Shown here: positions 46,881 through 59,343 of the stretch, in pieces
Numbering within the stretch: position 1 is the stretch's first letter
Layout: each line of letters opens with the position of its first letter
Assembly: GCF_963576615.1 (NCBI RefSeq)
Contig: NC_088708.1
Span: 42,925,115 to 42,989,114 of the forward strand
Length of the DNA stretch: 64,000 nucleotides
Direction of reading: 5' to 3'
From: Watersipora subatra
Lineage: Eukaryota
Translations under genes and position numbers: made by a program
Notes under the pieces: generated by a model
The model's input: the letters and a program-made list of their open reading frames with translations, nothing else
The model's database searches: none
What the model was told of the DNA's origin: nothing

Positions 46881-47321
46881 GGCTGGTTCACACTATATCG
46901 CCGTATCTTGGCGTTGATGCCACAATACTTCAGCGATCGTCGATGATAACCATGTTCACACTATCACAACCCCATCCGTGTTTGCATCAGTGACATAGTG
47001 TTCTCATTTTTCTTTTTAATTTTTCGCAAAAAAAACTCTTTGTTTTCACGTGCTGGAATCAAATACTAGCCCTGCAGCGACTATCATAAACAGAAATAAA
47101 TGAAACAGGCTATCGGCGACCGCGAATTACCATCGCCGAAATGGTTCACATTTGAAAGGCCGTCATCGATGCTTGGTGAAATATTGGGAAAGTTTGACAG
47201 CTGCAAACCTTCCTGACGTGTCCGCACTGCTTCGTCGATGCCATTGGTTTACGGTTCACATAATTGACGATGAGCGCCAAAAGGAAGACGCTGACCTACG
47301 GCGATATAGTGTAAACCAGGC
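46881..47321. mobile_element. MITE-like element with 25-bp TIRs (GGCTGGTTCACACTATATCGCCGTA / reverse complement GCCTGGTTTACACTATATCGCCGTA) in an MPDZ intron
   Basis: The TIRs were read directly. Subterminal ggttcaca motifs are also present. Confidence 0.45.
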
Positions 47322-50021
47322 TTAAGAATATGGTTAATTTCAAGCAGCCAAGATGGCATACAGTGATCTCTCGGTCTTTGCTGCCCTAGCGCAATGTGAA
47401 TTCTATCACGCATGACATGGAAGAAGAGTCACCAAGGGTCCAAACATATTAAAAAGTGAACTATTAACCTACAACAAGTATCTTTGGTTCGCAACTAGAT
47501 TTCCGAAAGAAACCTTGTTTAAAGATGTGATTGTGTCAAAAAAGTCGATCAGATGAAATTAAGACCAATAAAAGACTAAAACATCAGCTATAATTTGATG
47601 TCGTTTTTGTCTTTGTAGAATAACCCTGTCCAGAGATAGAAGCGTTTGAATGGGGCCAACATTTAAAACGCTCAGATTCGAGCGGGTGCTTCATTCGTGA
47701 CGTAACGAGTGATACATGTAAAACGAGTCCACGAGCGATAAATATAGAGTCTCTTCTTTAGCCAATTACCAACACGAAATTTTTATATAGGTCGTAATAA
47801 ATGTTATCGCTAGTAAAACACGTTGTCTGTGATCTCGAAGTTAGGGTTTTACCCAATTACTAGAGCGCACATAAACATCGATATTTACTGACTTAATTGA
47901 CATTGTTAATTTACTGAATTACTGCATCGACACATTTTATTGACGAACAACAGAATTATAGCAATGCTTCCAGCTCCTGCGAAGGTGACTTTAGTTTTCT
48001 GAGCTTCGGGTAGGTAAAGTTTGGGGCAGACAGCGTATGGTTCGAGCTGACAGGCGTCAGCAGCGTTATATTGCAGAGGAAGATAGGAGAATGGAGGTAA
48101 ATTTATCTTTAGCCTTGAGTCTCCTACATATATATACTGTTGTGTTTACATTGAGATTATATTTCCCTGTTTGAGACTATAATGTAACTTTCTGTGCACA
48201 CGTGCGTTATACGTATGCGCAGTGAGTTCTTGCTACAAAATACACGATGTCGCTTCTTAATTAATCTATAGCGTCTAGCAATATAATGGCTTAAATTGAT
48301 GAACAAGAATTAAATATACTAAAGGTAATAATTTAAGTACTTGTGAATACATTTACTAATTAATAAAATTATAACCTTTTGCTGTCACCAATCATCGTTT
48401 CATAACTTTTTTATCGTTTCACAGAGCTATAATATTTGCTTCAAATTTTCTTTGGCAGTTTTAGCTGGTAAATTAGATTCATGATTAGAATTTATGTTCA
48501 CTTCTCACTTATAGAAAGTGAGGAAAATCGATTGATTAATGCTCATCTTTAGCTCCCAGAAACAAAGCTTCGAATTGTTGGCTTGGCACACTTATGTTTT
48601 TGTTAAACAATTATTCATTTTAAAATTAGCGTCGCAATCTAACTCCCAATTTGAAAGCTTTTAGTAGATACGCATTAAAACGACATATCTACGAATAACA
48701 TATATATGTAAGAAATGTATTTCTTACATTTATATGATTGATTACAGGATGTTTATTTGGTGCCACCAGCCAAGCAGCTGTGAATCTGGAAACTGCCATA
48801 AATGGGAAAGAGGGACATGAATGTGTGCTGCACAAACCATGATATGTTTTGTTTGAGTTTGCTGCAGTAGATTAATTTGTCCTATTATATGAGCTAAAAC
48901 TATGTGAGTGGCCACGACTTATATGGATATTTTTGATAAAAGCTTTATGCCAAGATGAAAATTATTTGGCTTGTAAAAATTATATAAAATAATATTGTTG
49001 ACGATAATGCAAAACATGATTTGCAGAATATATTGAATACATCAAATACAATATACAGAATACAATAGATGAATTTATGAAATGTGATCAGAGCTGCATT
49101 GACAGGTACTTTTGCATAGCTCGACTCAATTCCAAAGGACCAAATAATAAGAGCTCAAAAAATTTTAAGCTCCACATTACCAAACAAGTACGTCTACGCC
49201 GCAAACTGCCAACCAGGTGCAAAACTGGCTTTATTAACTCTTTGCCAGAATCGGTGGATTGATTGATTTCAATAAAATTGATGTCTTGCATTCACTATTT
49301 TATTCAACTCATAAAACCATTTGTTTAGTACTTAAATCAACCAATCAAATGTGACCAGTAATTTTTTTCTACAAATTGATACTAATAATGATTAGATAAC
49401 GTTGACTATACATGATTTTTTCAGGGATGCAGTTGGTTTCGCCATATATTCGAACATGTTTTTTTCAAAGATGCGACTTGATCATTTTATCTAATAACTA
49501 GTTTTCGGTGTTGATAGCAACTAAGAACTTAGCTGATACAGAGGCTGTGATGAAATATGTTAACTCAACGATCTAGTTACTGTAGACCGGCAGAATCGTA
49601 GTCGGTACTCAGATGTTTACACAGCATTTAGAGGAAACTAATATGACAAATTTTCAATTATCCTTATTTGAGGCGTTTGAGACATTAATAATAATGTATC
49701 TGTAGCTGAATTAAAAATTTTATTCTAGCCAAGATGAGCAAATAAAAAATGAAATATATGCCAATAGAGCAGCGTAGTACTAGACTTTTCTCGCAATAGC
49801 TGATGTGAATACGAGAGATAGAGACAGGTTGTATCACTAGTTACATCATTTTGAGCCAGTCTTTTTTTCTGAGCGTTTTTACCATGATCAATTGTTCTCA
49901 ATTTTAATCTTCAAATATCTTGACAATGAGATCGCCTAACAAAGCAATCAACATTTCAACTGATAGACAAAAAAATACTCTCTTGTAAAATCAACCAAAA
50001 CTTGACGCAATCACATCTTTA

Positions 50022-50127
50022 ACTAGCTTGTAGTCTATTCCAGGCTTTTACTAGCTTGTAGTCTAGTCCAGGCTATTACTAGCTTGTAGTCTAGTCCAGG
50101 CCTTTACTAGCTTGTAGTCTAGTCCAG
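50022..50127. repeat. 27-bp tandem repeat x4 (ttactagcttgtagtctagtccaggc)
   Basis: The direct repeats are visible. Confidence 0.9.
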
Positions 50128-50780
50128 ACAATGTCAATGAAAGTTATGCGCACAAGGCGTCAACCACAAGATTGACTTACAGCATTTTTCTTACAGTTAA
50201 AAAAATGAACAAGCAGGCCAGTCTGACAAATGTTGTTTCAGATAAAGCAAGAGGATGAATTAAGGATTTTAAGAATAGCCTACGTTTAGTTTTACACCAG
50301 CTGCCTCACTGCATATATGTTACGCCTGATTAAATGGATGTGAGACGCAAGACTGACAGTACTTGTGCTTTTCACTTCCCACCGATCAGTGTTGGTCCTT
50401 GTTAACTGTGATAAGTGAGAGATCACCGTACATGCTGCGGACAAGGCCACCCGTTTGCCGTTAGGCAATACTTTAAAAACCCAACTGTTTAGATATTACT
50501 AGCAGTAAGCATGGCATTACCTGAGATTCCTTTCTTTTCAATTAGATAGTCTGAAGCACATTCGGAAATTTTTGCGCAAATTGCTACACTACCTTCAGGC
50601 CAACAAATGTTCTTAACAATTGTTCAAGTGTGTTCATGAGTTTCTAATCAGGTGGGTGTTTAAGGGGCTGGTTTTCAGGAGCCAGATGGAGCTTTGAGAC
50701 CAAATATTTTTGCCGACCTGGCGAAAGGCACGAGCATATGTGTGGGAAGTTGGGACTAAATGGGCCAAATATGTGGACAC

Positions 50781-51090
50781 GCATAGTGTTAACACAGACT
50801 AACAGACAGACACGCATAGTGTTAACACAGACTAACAGACACACACAAACACGCATAGTGTTAACACAGACTAACAGACACACACAAACACGCATAGTGT
50901 TAACACAGACTAACAGACACACACATAAACATGCATAGTGTTAACACAGACTAACAGACAGACACACGTAGTGTTAACACAGACTAACAGACATGCATAG
51001 TGTTAACACAGACTAACAGACACACATAGTGTTAACACAGACTAACAGACACACATAGTGTTAACACAGACTAACAGACACACACAATCA
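50781..51090. repeat. about 40-bp variable tandem repeat x8 (gtgttaacacagactaacagacacacacaaacacgcatagt)
   Basis: The direct repeats are visible. Confidence 0.9.
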
Positions 51091-52002
51091 TAAAGAGGCA
51101 TTTGTTAATAGTGTTAACACACAAGAGCTCATGTTTTACATAAACTCTGTAAAATCACCCACCAGTGTCTGAGTCCTCCAAAGAATCTTCGACTAAACTC
51201 TGTACGACAAACTCCACAGGATTACTAGCATTTTTGATGACATCGACAGCGTGGTCATGTGCTGCCCTTTCCAAATTTACTCCATTCACCTACAGCACAT
51301 GGACTATGCCTGTATAATAGTGCACCAATGACACTATTGACACATGGCGAGCTTGACAAAGCCTTTCCAACAAATATTCGATATCTGTTTGTTTAAAGAG
51401 AAATACGTAGCTGTAATGTCAAATGGGTAACCATATTATGGTAAGCGTACATTACCAGACCCGCTCAAATGAACATAAGGATATAAATTATTCTGACTCA
51501 TCAGTTGCCATGAATCATATGGCAACTCAAAGCCTATGGTTAGACAGTCTACATCTACTTAACCAAGTGCTGGAAGGATAGGAAAACAATTTAGCGTGTA
51601 ACAAGTAAATTATGCAACCGTGCATTTAAGAACACATCATTATATTTGACGATAATAATTTATACTAATTTATACGGCGTTTCATTTGCTGTTAGTGATA
51701 CCAAACTGTGGCTTCTGCACTGGTAAGTCTGGTAACAGACAAAGGCTGCATAAACATGGCTAAGAATGGCGGTGACATCTCTGTCATCAGTTGGTCAGCA
51801 CCGAGGCAGCTAGTTGCATTAAATGAATGCTAAAGGTTCAGTTGTCAACCAATTGCTAAACAGTAAAATACCCAAGAATTGTTAATTCATATTTCATTAA
51901 TGACCACCCTGCTTCCATTAGTATAACTAGCACCCTGGCAGTCTAGTGTGCACAATTAAATAAGTATATGCAGAATTATTCAAAAATGCTCCAAGGTGAT
52001 TG

Positions 52003-52090
52003 TGTGGCACAGAAGGTTGCGCGCCTGGCAAGCCAAATGTAGAAGTTCGATTCCCGTGCGATGCAATATTTTCCACCAACATCCAACTGA
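52003..52090 (+). repeat. tRNA-derived SINE-like fragment (TGGCACAGAAGGTTGCGCGCCTG .. GAAGTTCGATTCCCGTGCG, then TTTTCCACCAAC)
   Basis: It has box A/B-like promoter motifs that resemble tRNA D- and T-arms, within an MPDZ intron. Confidence 0.4.
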
Positions 52091-52298
52091 GGCTTCAGAT
52101 GGACAAACATGGCTCTTATTATGGTAAAGATTTGTGGCCACTGAAATGGCATGATTGGACAATTCTGATCAAAAAATAAGCACCTTGTTCTACTTCTACC
52201 TCATATAAATGACCAAGAAAATGGTGTCTACCCACTGCAACTCTCCATCCTTCAACTCACACACTCGTTCATGTGGCGGCTTTATATCAAAACAGTAC

Positions 52299-52426
52299 CT
52301 GCAGAATTCTGTCCCCAGTCTTGAGCACACCACTCCTGCCAGCAGGGCTTTCAGGGAGGACATTCTTGATAAATATTCCAGCAATAGCCTTCTCGGGTGA
52401 TAGTTGAAACATGTCCATTCGACCCC
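52299..52426 (-). CDS. MPDZ: MPDZ-family exon (GRMDMFQLSPEKAIAGIFIKNVLPESPAGRSGVLKTGDRILQ; PDZ middle)
   Basis: Acceptor tgtttag and donor GTACTG are present. The exon completes the GISIVG|G motif begun in the previous exon. The exon carrying the rest of this PDZ was not found. Confidence 0.55.
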
Positions 52427-54004
52427 CTAAACATCATTAGAATACTGCTAGCACTAAATCCTAGCGCAAGGCAAAATTTTACACCTCGGTACCATCACAT
52501 CGATGAGGAAATGTTTTCAAACGAGTCCACTGATCAAATACACACATATTCTTACAAAATCTCCAGCAACATATGTGAATCAAAGAAGCCATAGCATTTG
52601 TTAACCACAGATAAAACACTTCCTACATACTAGCAGAGTCTACAACGACTACACAGTTTTATTGGACAATTCAGAAATGTGTGAAACTCACTTCCTGAGA
52701 AACTGCAAAGACAAATAGACTAAAAGAATTCAAAGAGTTATGAGACATGTTCAGTAGCAATCGTGAATGGAAAAAGCGAGTGTTACAACAACAGAAGCTG
52801 TAAATGAAAACGCTAAACTCAAGCTGTAATGCAAAGATATTATGAAAGCATCTAGATTAGGCAGTGGATGAGCGTCTCCCTAGCGATGACTTACCTCCGC
52901 CACCTAATCAATAATCAGTCAGAGTCAGTCTGCATTTAGCATTTATACGCATTTATGTGTAGTGAGACTTGATAGAGATTAGCATCCACTGAGAAAGCAA
53001 AAGCTAAAAAATCGGTTTGCGGCTAACAACTATGAATTAGCTGGTTCGCTCGAGAAGGAAACAAACTATTAGACAATTTCCAAAACTTAAGTTTGCAAAC
53101 GGCTCCAACCCTCTCAGCTCGTGTCTCTTGTAGCATTTAACACAATAATAGGATTGGAAGCTATTAATACATAAAAGCAGCAATGACGATTGGAACCAAC
53201 AAATTAACAAAAGAAACCAATGAACCAGAAAAGTAATTTCTTCACCTGTAGATCACTCGAAATCTACAAGTCGTTTTATTTTTTATTAGAAGAACTCAAT
53301 TTTAAGACGACATTAATTAGCCGTGAATATGTTAGTACAATGCTGACTCGCAATCTTGATCGAGGTGTGCCTTAATTCTTAGTATCTATCGGTGAACTGA
53401 CAACTCCCAAGGGCACTTCTAATCTATAGTAATTGTACTTGTGCTTATATGAGCCAAAGGTTATAACAGAAGAAAAATAACTAAAGTGGGGAACAAGGTT
53501 TTTGCTGGGCTAATGATTAGGAAAAAAGAACGCAACGCATTGTCGACACTATCAACCTTTTTGGTGCAGGCATATTCAAGAGAAATGCTGATGGATAGAG
53601 TTGTGGGTGAGGCTTGTCAAAGGGTTTTCAATGCTATAGAAGTTATTGTTCTATATTAAAAGGCAGCTTTTACATCAATTTTAAGAAGCAACAAATTTCA
53701 ATTAGCAGAGAATAATTTGAACTTGGAAAGATACACTTTACAAAATTTTAACTTTTCATAAAATCTAACTAAAACTAGTAAAGATTTTAATGTGAAAAAT
53801 TAAATTACATATAAGACAACAATTTTAAACAATGGGGTGAATGTGTTGTTTAAATTTTAACAAACTTATATGTAAAACCCAACTTATAAAATGGCTTTTC
53901 AATTAAAGTTGCTTGACTTGCACAACAACATGTTAGTGGGGGATAGCGAGGAACAGAGAATATTGACCACAGGTCGCTGACAGTGACTATTATCAACAGC
54001 CTAC

Positions 54005-54126
54005 CGACAATGCTGATTCCTAGACTCTGGCCTGGAATTCTTTCAAGTTTCACACTGCGAGGGATTCCCCAAGTACCCGGCAGCTGCGCAGCTGCTGGCT
54101 TCTGCGCTTCCACACTCATCGAGGTG
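54005..54126 (-). CDS. MPDZ: MPDZ-family exon (STSMSVEAQKPAAAQLPGTWGIPRSVKLERIPGQSLGISIVG)
   Basis: This is ORF-track ORF 53850..54146 with acceptor ttgttgcag and donor GTAGGC. The phase links to the exons on both sides. Confidence 0.6.
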
Positions 54127-56025
54127 CTGCAACAATTCAAGAGCAACTGCTAACACTATTCAAAATAAAACCATTAAAGACAAATAACAAAAACAGATAC
54201 TTTATCTGAGTGAAAAAGATTGAAGCGAAAACAGGCGTGTGTAACAACATTAATATAAAGTATAAAGAAAGAATTGATGAAAGCTGAAAGATATCTGTAT
54301 TTCAACGAACAAAGAATACAAGTGTCTATTCCGGCTTATGGGTCCTTATAGGTCGACTATTCGTAGCAAATGCAACCATTTTCGAACTTGCTGAAATAAT
54401 TTCACAAGACCTATTGAAAGTGGAACAATAAGATCAAGTTCTGGAGTTGTTTTTTCTATAAAACAACTTAGCATAATCTTTTGAAAAATTTAAATATTTG
54501 CTGCATCAAAACAAACCGGTTGGCACAAAGGCTAAGGGCGCACTCAGGTTGTATACCCGCACACCAACAATCTACAAAAACGTTAATGACACTGGTCGGA
54601 TACAACGGACTATAGAATTTAAAAATAGCTTATTTGTTCACAAATATTTTATTAGCCTCATAAAGAATATGGGAGCGATTGTCATATCAAGCTGCTACTT
54701 GAATAATTTCAGCTAATAGGAAATCCTAGATTGACGTGGATTTATTACTACTGGCGTAGCTACCTCTTTTCCAGTTTCGAACACAGATAGAATATCATCA
54801 GATTTTCTCTTTTTCTTGTGCCAAGTGAGTGTTTATATTATCAATTTCAGCATATGCAGTTTCGGTTTACTCGCAAGCATTCATAAATTCTGTCACATAT
54901 TCTATTACCACCACAAAAAGTTTCTTAAAAATATTAGATTTTTACATGAAATAATTTCAAAATAGACTTGAATAGCCAGCCCCCAATCTCTATTAGTATT
55001 GAAAACTTCTGCATTGAATCACTAATGTTGTTATCACTTTAAACCTGAAAAATCAACTATCTCTACAATAATACCTACATGACAAGTGTTCAGATAGCGT
55101 GAGAACCTACACGATGTAAACATCATAACACGCATAGGTCAACGCATTTCCTTCAATGACAAAAACTGGGATATGAAACGCGTATGAAATCCGAAAGCAT
55201 CCTTAGTCTTAAACATAAGCAACTTTGAAAAATGCATGTCATAGATAAAAACAAAAATTTTAATTTTATCACAAAACAAACAAAAAATATTCCGCGCTTT
55301 TAAAACACCTTCTCTTAGCAATATATGAAAATTAATACTGCTAATAATAAGATATATTGTAACATGCTTAGGAGACACACTTTTATTTAACAGAAAAAAC
55401 AACTCCACTCTATGCATATAGCCTACGGCTGCAACCAAGCATCCGAGTCAAACTAAATGTGACCATACGACTCTGATCTAGGAACACTATATTCACAACA
55501 TGAAACACCTTGGCACAGTCTTACCGATAAAACTTGGGGAAAACCCTGTCAACAATGATTGGAGCAAATAATGAAGTGAAATTTGCAGAAGGAAGACCGT
55601 GCATGCAGGATGAAACTTCTTGATAAACATTGAAGAAAGAGAGAGAGGGGTCTACGAAAAGAGTAAACGACGGTGAGGATGACAAAACACTTTACATCTG
55701 CTTGTCATAGAATGAATCTATTGAGGTAAATACATGTATGTAACAAAGAGAGAGGTAATAAAAACTAGAGGTGTATCTGGATCGACATCAACCAATACTT
55801 TTTTGGTAAACCTAAAACTTTTTACAAATCCACCATTGATCATAGTAATACATTTTTAACCTATCATTCTAACAAACATTGTAAGCTGCAAGTTTCTATC
55901 ATTCAGATAGAAAAGTCAGCATCTAGTGAACTCTCACCCTGTTAAATTAGTTTTAAACGAACAATATGGCCAAGAAAATCAGCTGACTCAACTGAAACCT
56001 CGTTATATTTAAGATGTTAGAAATA

Positions 56026-56210
56026 TATGCTGTAGTTAACATCTACAGTAATAAACATTGCAACCAATCATATATGCTGTAGTTAACATCTACAGTAATA
56101 AACATTGCAACCAATCATATGTGCTGCAGTTAACATCTACAGTAATAAACATTGCAACCAATCATATGTGCTGCAGTTAACATCTACAGTAATAAACATT
56201 ATTGCAATCA
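56026..56210. repeat. 48-bp tandem repeat x3.7 whose unit contains a palindrome (ctgtagttaacatctacag)
   Basis: The direct repeats are visible. Confidence 0.9.
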
Positions 56211-57278
56211 ATTATACACAGGGTAATACTTCCATCTACTAGCATTATTAAATTAAAATATTCAAATATATATTTTTACTTTCCTAAATATAAACAAAAA
56301 TATGTATAGCATATTCATGTTTTGTGGTAAAATTGGTTCATTGCATCACAATGTCAGTATAATTATTAAATATAAACGAGACCATGCAATGATGTTTGAG
56401 CAATTTTGTTGTTTGCTGTTGTAAGCAACCAACGAATCCTAGTTCTAGATGGGTTGTGCAGACAATCCCTTTCCTACCCAAACAGCACAACCGCACCGAT
56501 CTACAAGACTGCCATAAATGTCAAGATATCGGCATATAACCGCTAACACATAAGGGAGATGAAACGCCGTGCACGAAAAAGAGGCTAGCACCCACCTCGG
56601 AGAGAGCATTCTCGATGGCTGACTGCTGGGAGATTTCGAAAAGCTTTGTTCACTATCCGCCTGTTGCACCAGTTTTGCTGTCTCCTTGTGAATTGTTGCA
56701 TCAGCGCCAGGAATATATTGTAGACTGGAATAACCAAATCACAATAAATATAAAACTCTAAGCTCCATAATAACTAAACATAGCGGAGTAACACAGCTTA
56801 GAGATTGTATTGCTAAAGCCAAAATGGAGCTGTTCGGAGACACCCTCCCACAATTCAGTGGAGTCATGGCGTAATGCAGGTAATACATACTACTGATCCC
56901 TGAGCAGCTGCGATGTTAATTGAGATATTCAATTCAACAGGCCGCTGGACTTATGTGATAAACACAATCTTGTTACAACTCCCAGAAGCCGTCTGCTGCA
57001 ATCTTTGAGCGACGAGGTAATGCTTTAATAACGTGACAGTGGTCAGCCTACCAAGCTGAGTAAACGATAATTCACAAGCTGCACGCGGCTGCACACGGCC
57101 TTTTCATACGAACCTTTAGACATCTCTTATGGTGTTAGTAAAACATGATGAATAGTCCACCAACCAAAACCACAGTTAACTGCAATAGTATACGCAATAT
57201 CCTGCTTTCTTTTGCTGTTATTTAAAAAAATTTATTGTTGAAAACATCAGTTTGATGGTGGACTAAAGGAAAGCTTAC

Positions 57279-57477
57279 CTGATAGTTGACTGAAGGGCAG
57301 CACGCCGAAGAATGGCCTTGACCTGTGCACTGGAAACATGTCTAAGGCTTTCATTGCTGATAGACACGAGGTAGTCACCAACATGCAGCCTATTATCATT
57401 ATCGATGCAGCCATTAGGCGTGATGGCTGTCACAATGCAGCCATTCACTCCCTGGTCAACTGACTTCACTTCGAGGC
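57279..57477 (-). CDS. MPDZ: MPDZ-family exon (LEVKSVDQGVNGCIVTAITPNGCIDNDNRLHVGDYLVSISNESLRHVSSAQVKAILRRAALQSTI; PDZ core)
   Basis: This is ORF-track ORF 57275..57589 with acceptor ctgcag and donor GTAAGC. It resembles MUPP1 PDZ1 (..[30 protein letters not shown]..). Confidence 0.65.
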
Positions 57478-59204
57478 CTGCAGAAGGAGAAGTTCCGGAA
57501 AGGAGTTTAGTATAAAGATGGAAATGATTAGTAATGTCGATTATACGTACAATCAATAGCCACAATATTGTTTTGATGTCCCTACTCATTCTGTATCATC
57601 CTTTAGCATCAATCATGAAACATTAAGGTAACCATGCCTTACCAGCAATAAATCCTAGGAAATTACAATAAACAGAAAATATGGCAAAAGACCCAAAACC
57701 ATAGCCCAAATCGATTTATTAGCAGTGTATAGCATAATTTTAGGCACCGCCATTAATCTGGTCCAAGGCGGCCATCCATAACCGTTAGCCAAATCAGTCA
57801 GAATGAAGTTCCTAATTTACAAAATCATTTTGCATATGTATAACGATTGTATAATACCGATTGTATAATACCGTTATCACTTTACAGTGAAGCCTTAGAG
57901 CAGTGTTAGCAGCAGCAGTAGACAACGGTCAGTAAACATAGTTGACCAGCCTCGTGGAAGGAAGAGCACATATAACTCTATGAACAATCTGGCGGCCAAC
58001 CTGACCAAGATTACCTACCCAAAACCTCGTAATGCTCTTCATCAGATGACTCGTCTGCAGGTAAGAAACGGTTACTAGAGATGAGATGTTGGAAGTACGA
58101 GATACATTCTTTATCATTATAAATATCACTTAGCATATTTATTACACTGTTAAAAAGTGGGTCAATTTCTGGCATCGATGAGTGTAGCATGCGCTTCTGG
58201 TGGAATCAAGACTAGGACGCTATATGCGTCATTTTTAAGCTATTGACTAATTCTGTTAGCGTGTGCACACCTTGTATTAAAATGACAAGGTATCTGCAAC
58301 TAAAAATAAAAGCTGACCATAAAAACAGCCTTGAATGAGTAAGTTAATTAGACAATAAGGTAAGGGTGTGTATAGCATCTTGGAAAAACCATTATAGCAT
58401 CTTGGAAAAACCATTGGCAAGCATGATAGACACGTATAGTTGTTACAGCTTCGGCACAACATCTCCTAGATGAACATCGATGCCTTAAAACATTCACTAA
58501 GTTTCCATAATGTAACGGTAGCTGGGTGCGGCAGCGCCGAAGCACTACGCTGGGCCGACAAGCAGATCACGTTTCCATAGGGTGCTACAGGAAAGGGATG
58601 GTTGTGAGATGCCTTATGTCAAGGTTAGAACATCTCAACTAAAATTCTGCCTCTGAAGTAACAGGAAAGCAAGACCTATGAGTATGCACAAGTGCAATGC
58701 TGTTGGTCACTAAGGCTGCTTCTATGAAACATAGATGGAACGTTGCACGAGCGTTTCGCTAGCAAGCGGCTGCCACTGAATCACGACAGAATGAGAGCGA
58801 CACGAATGTTTCCATGATGGATTTGCAGTAGAATGTGTCGCTACACTATGCCTGTATGGAAACTTGGAAAATCGACCTCTGTCGCCATAGTTTGACATAG
58901 GCAATACATTGAAGTTTTCTACTTGACCATCATATGGCATTAACATCTAGCGTGAGCATGTGTAGTTTCCGCCATTTCACAAAGAAAGCCTGAGAAGGCA
59001 CTTTAATAGCTTGGTCATGAATAGTGAAGTCAGTACAAAGTTATAGATGTTCACGATGAGGAGTGGATCTATGATGTCATTTGCAAGATGCTCATTTCCT
59101 AACAGCTGATACGTTAGCAGTTTCCTTACGATGCAATATCAATACTAACCACACTACTCTGGAAACAATGGCTACAGGAACACTAAAACAAGAAATAGCC
59201 TTAC

Positions 59205-59343
59205 CCAAAGATGAGCCTCCTTTGTGAAGTTTTATTGTTCTCTCCAATGCAGAGGGCAGTGCTGGGATATCCGACCCGAAACGCCTCACCATAGGAGATC
59301 TTGAAGGAGACATCTCGGGTGAGCTGAGAACCCTGTCGCTGAC
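59205..59343 (-). CDS. MPDZ: MPDZ/PATJ-family multi-PDZ protein, exon (..SPSRSPMVRRFGSDIPALPSALERTIKLHKGGSSLG; PDZ first strand)
   Basis: This is ORF-track ORF 59092..59313 with acceptor catcgcag and donor GTAAGG. The phase links to exon 57279-57477 and together they form one complete PDZ domain. Confidence 0.6.
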
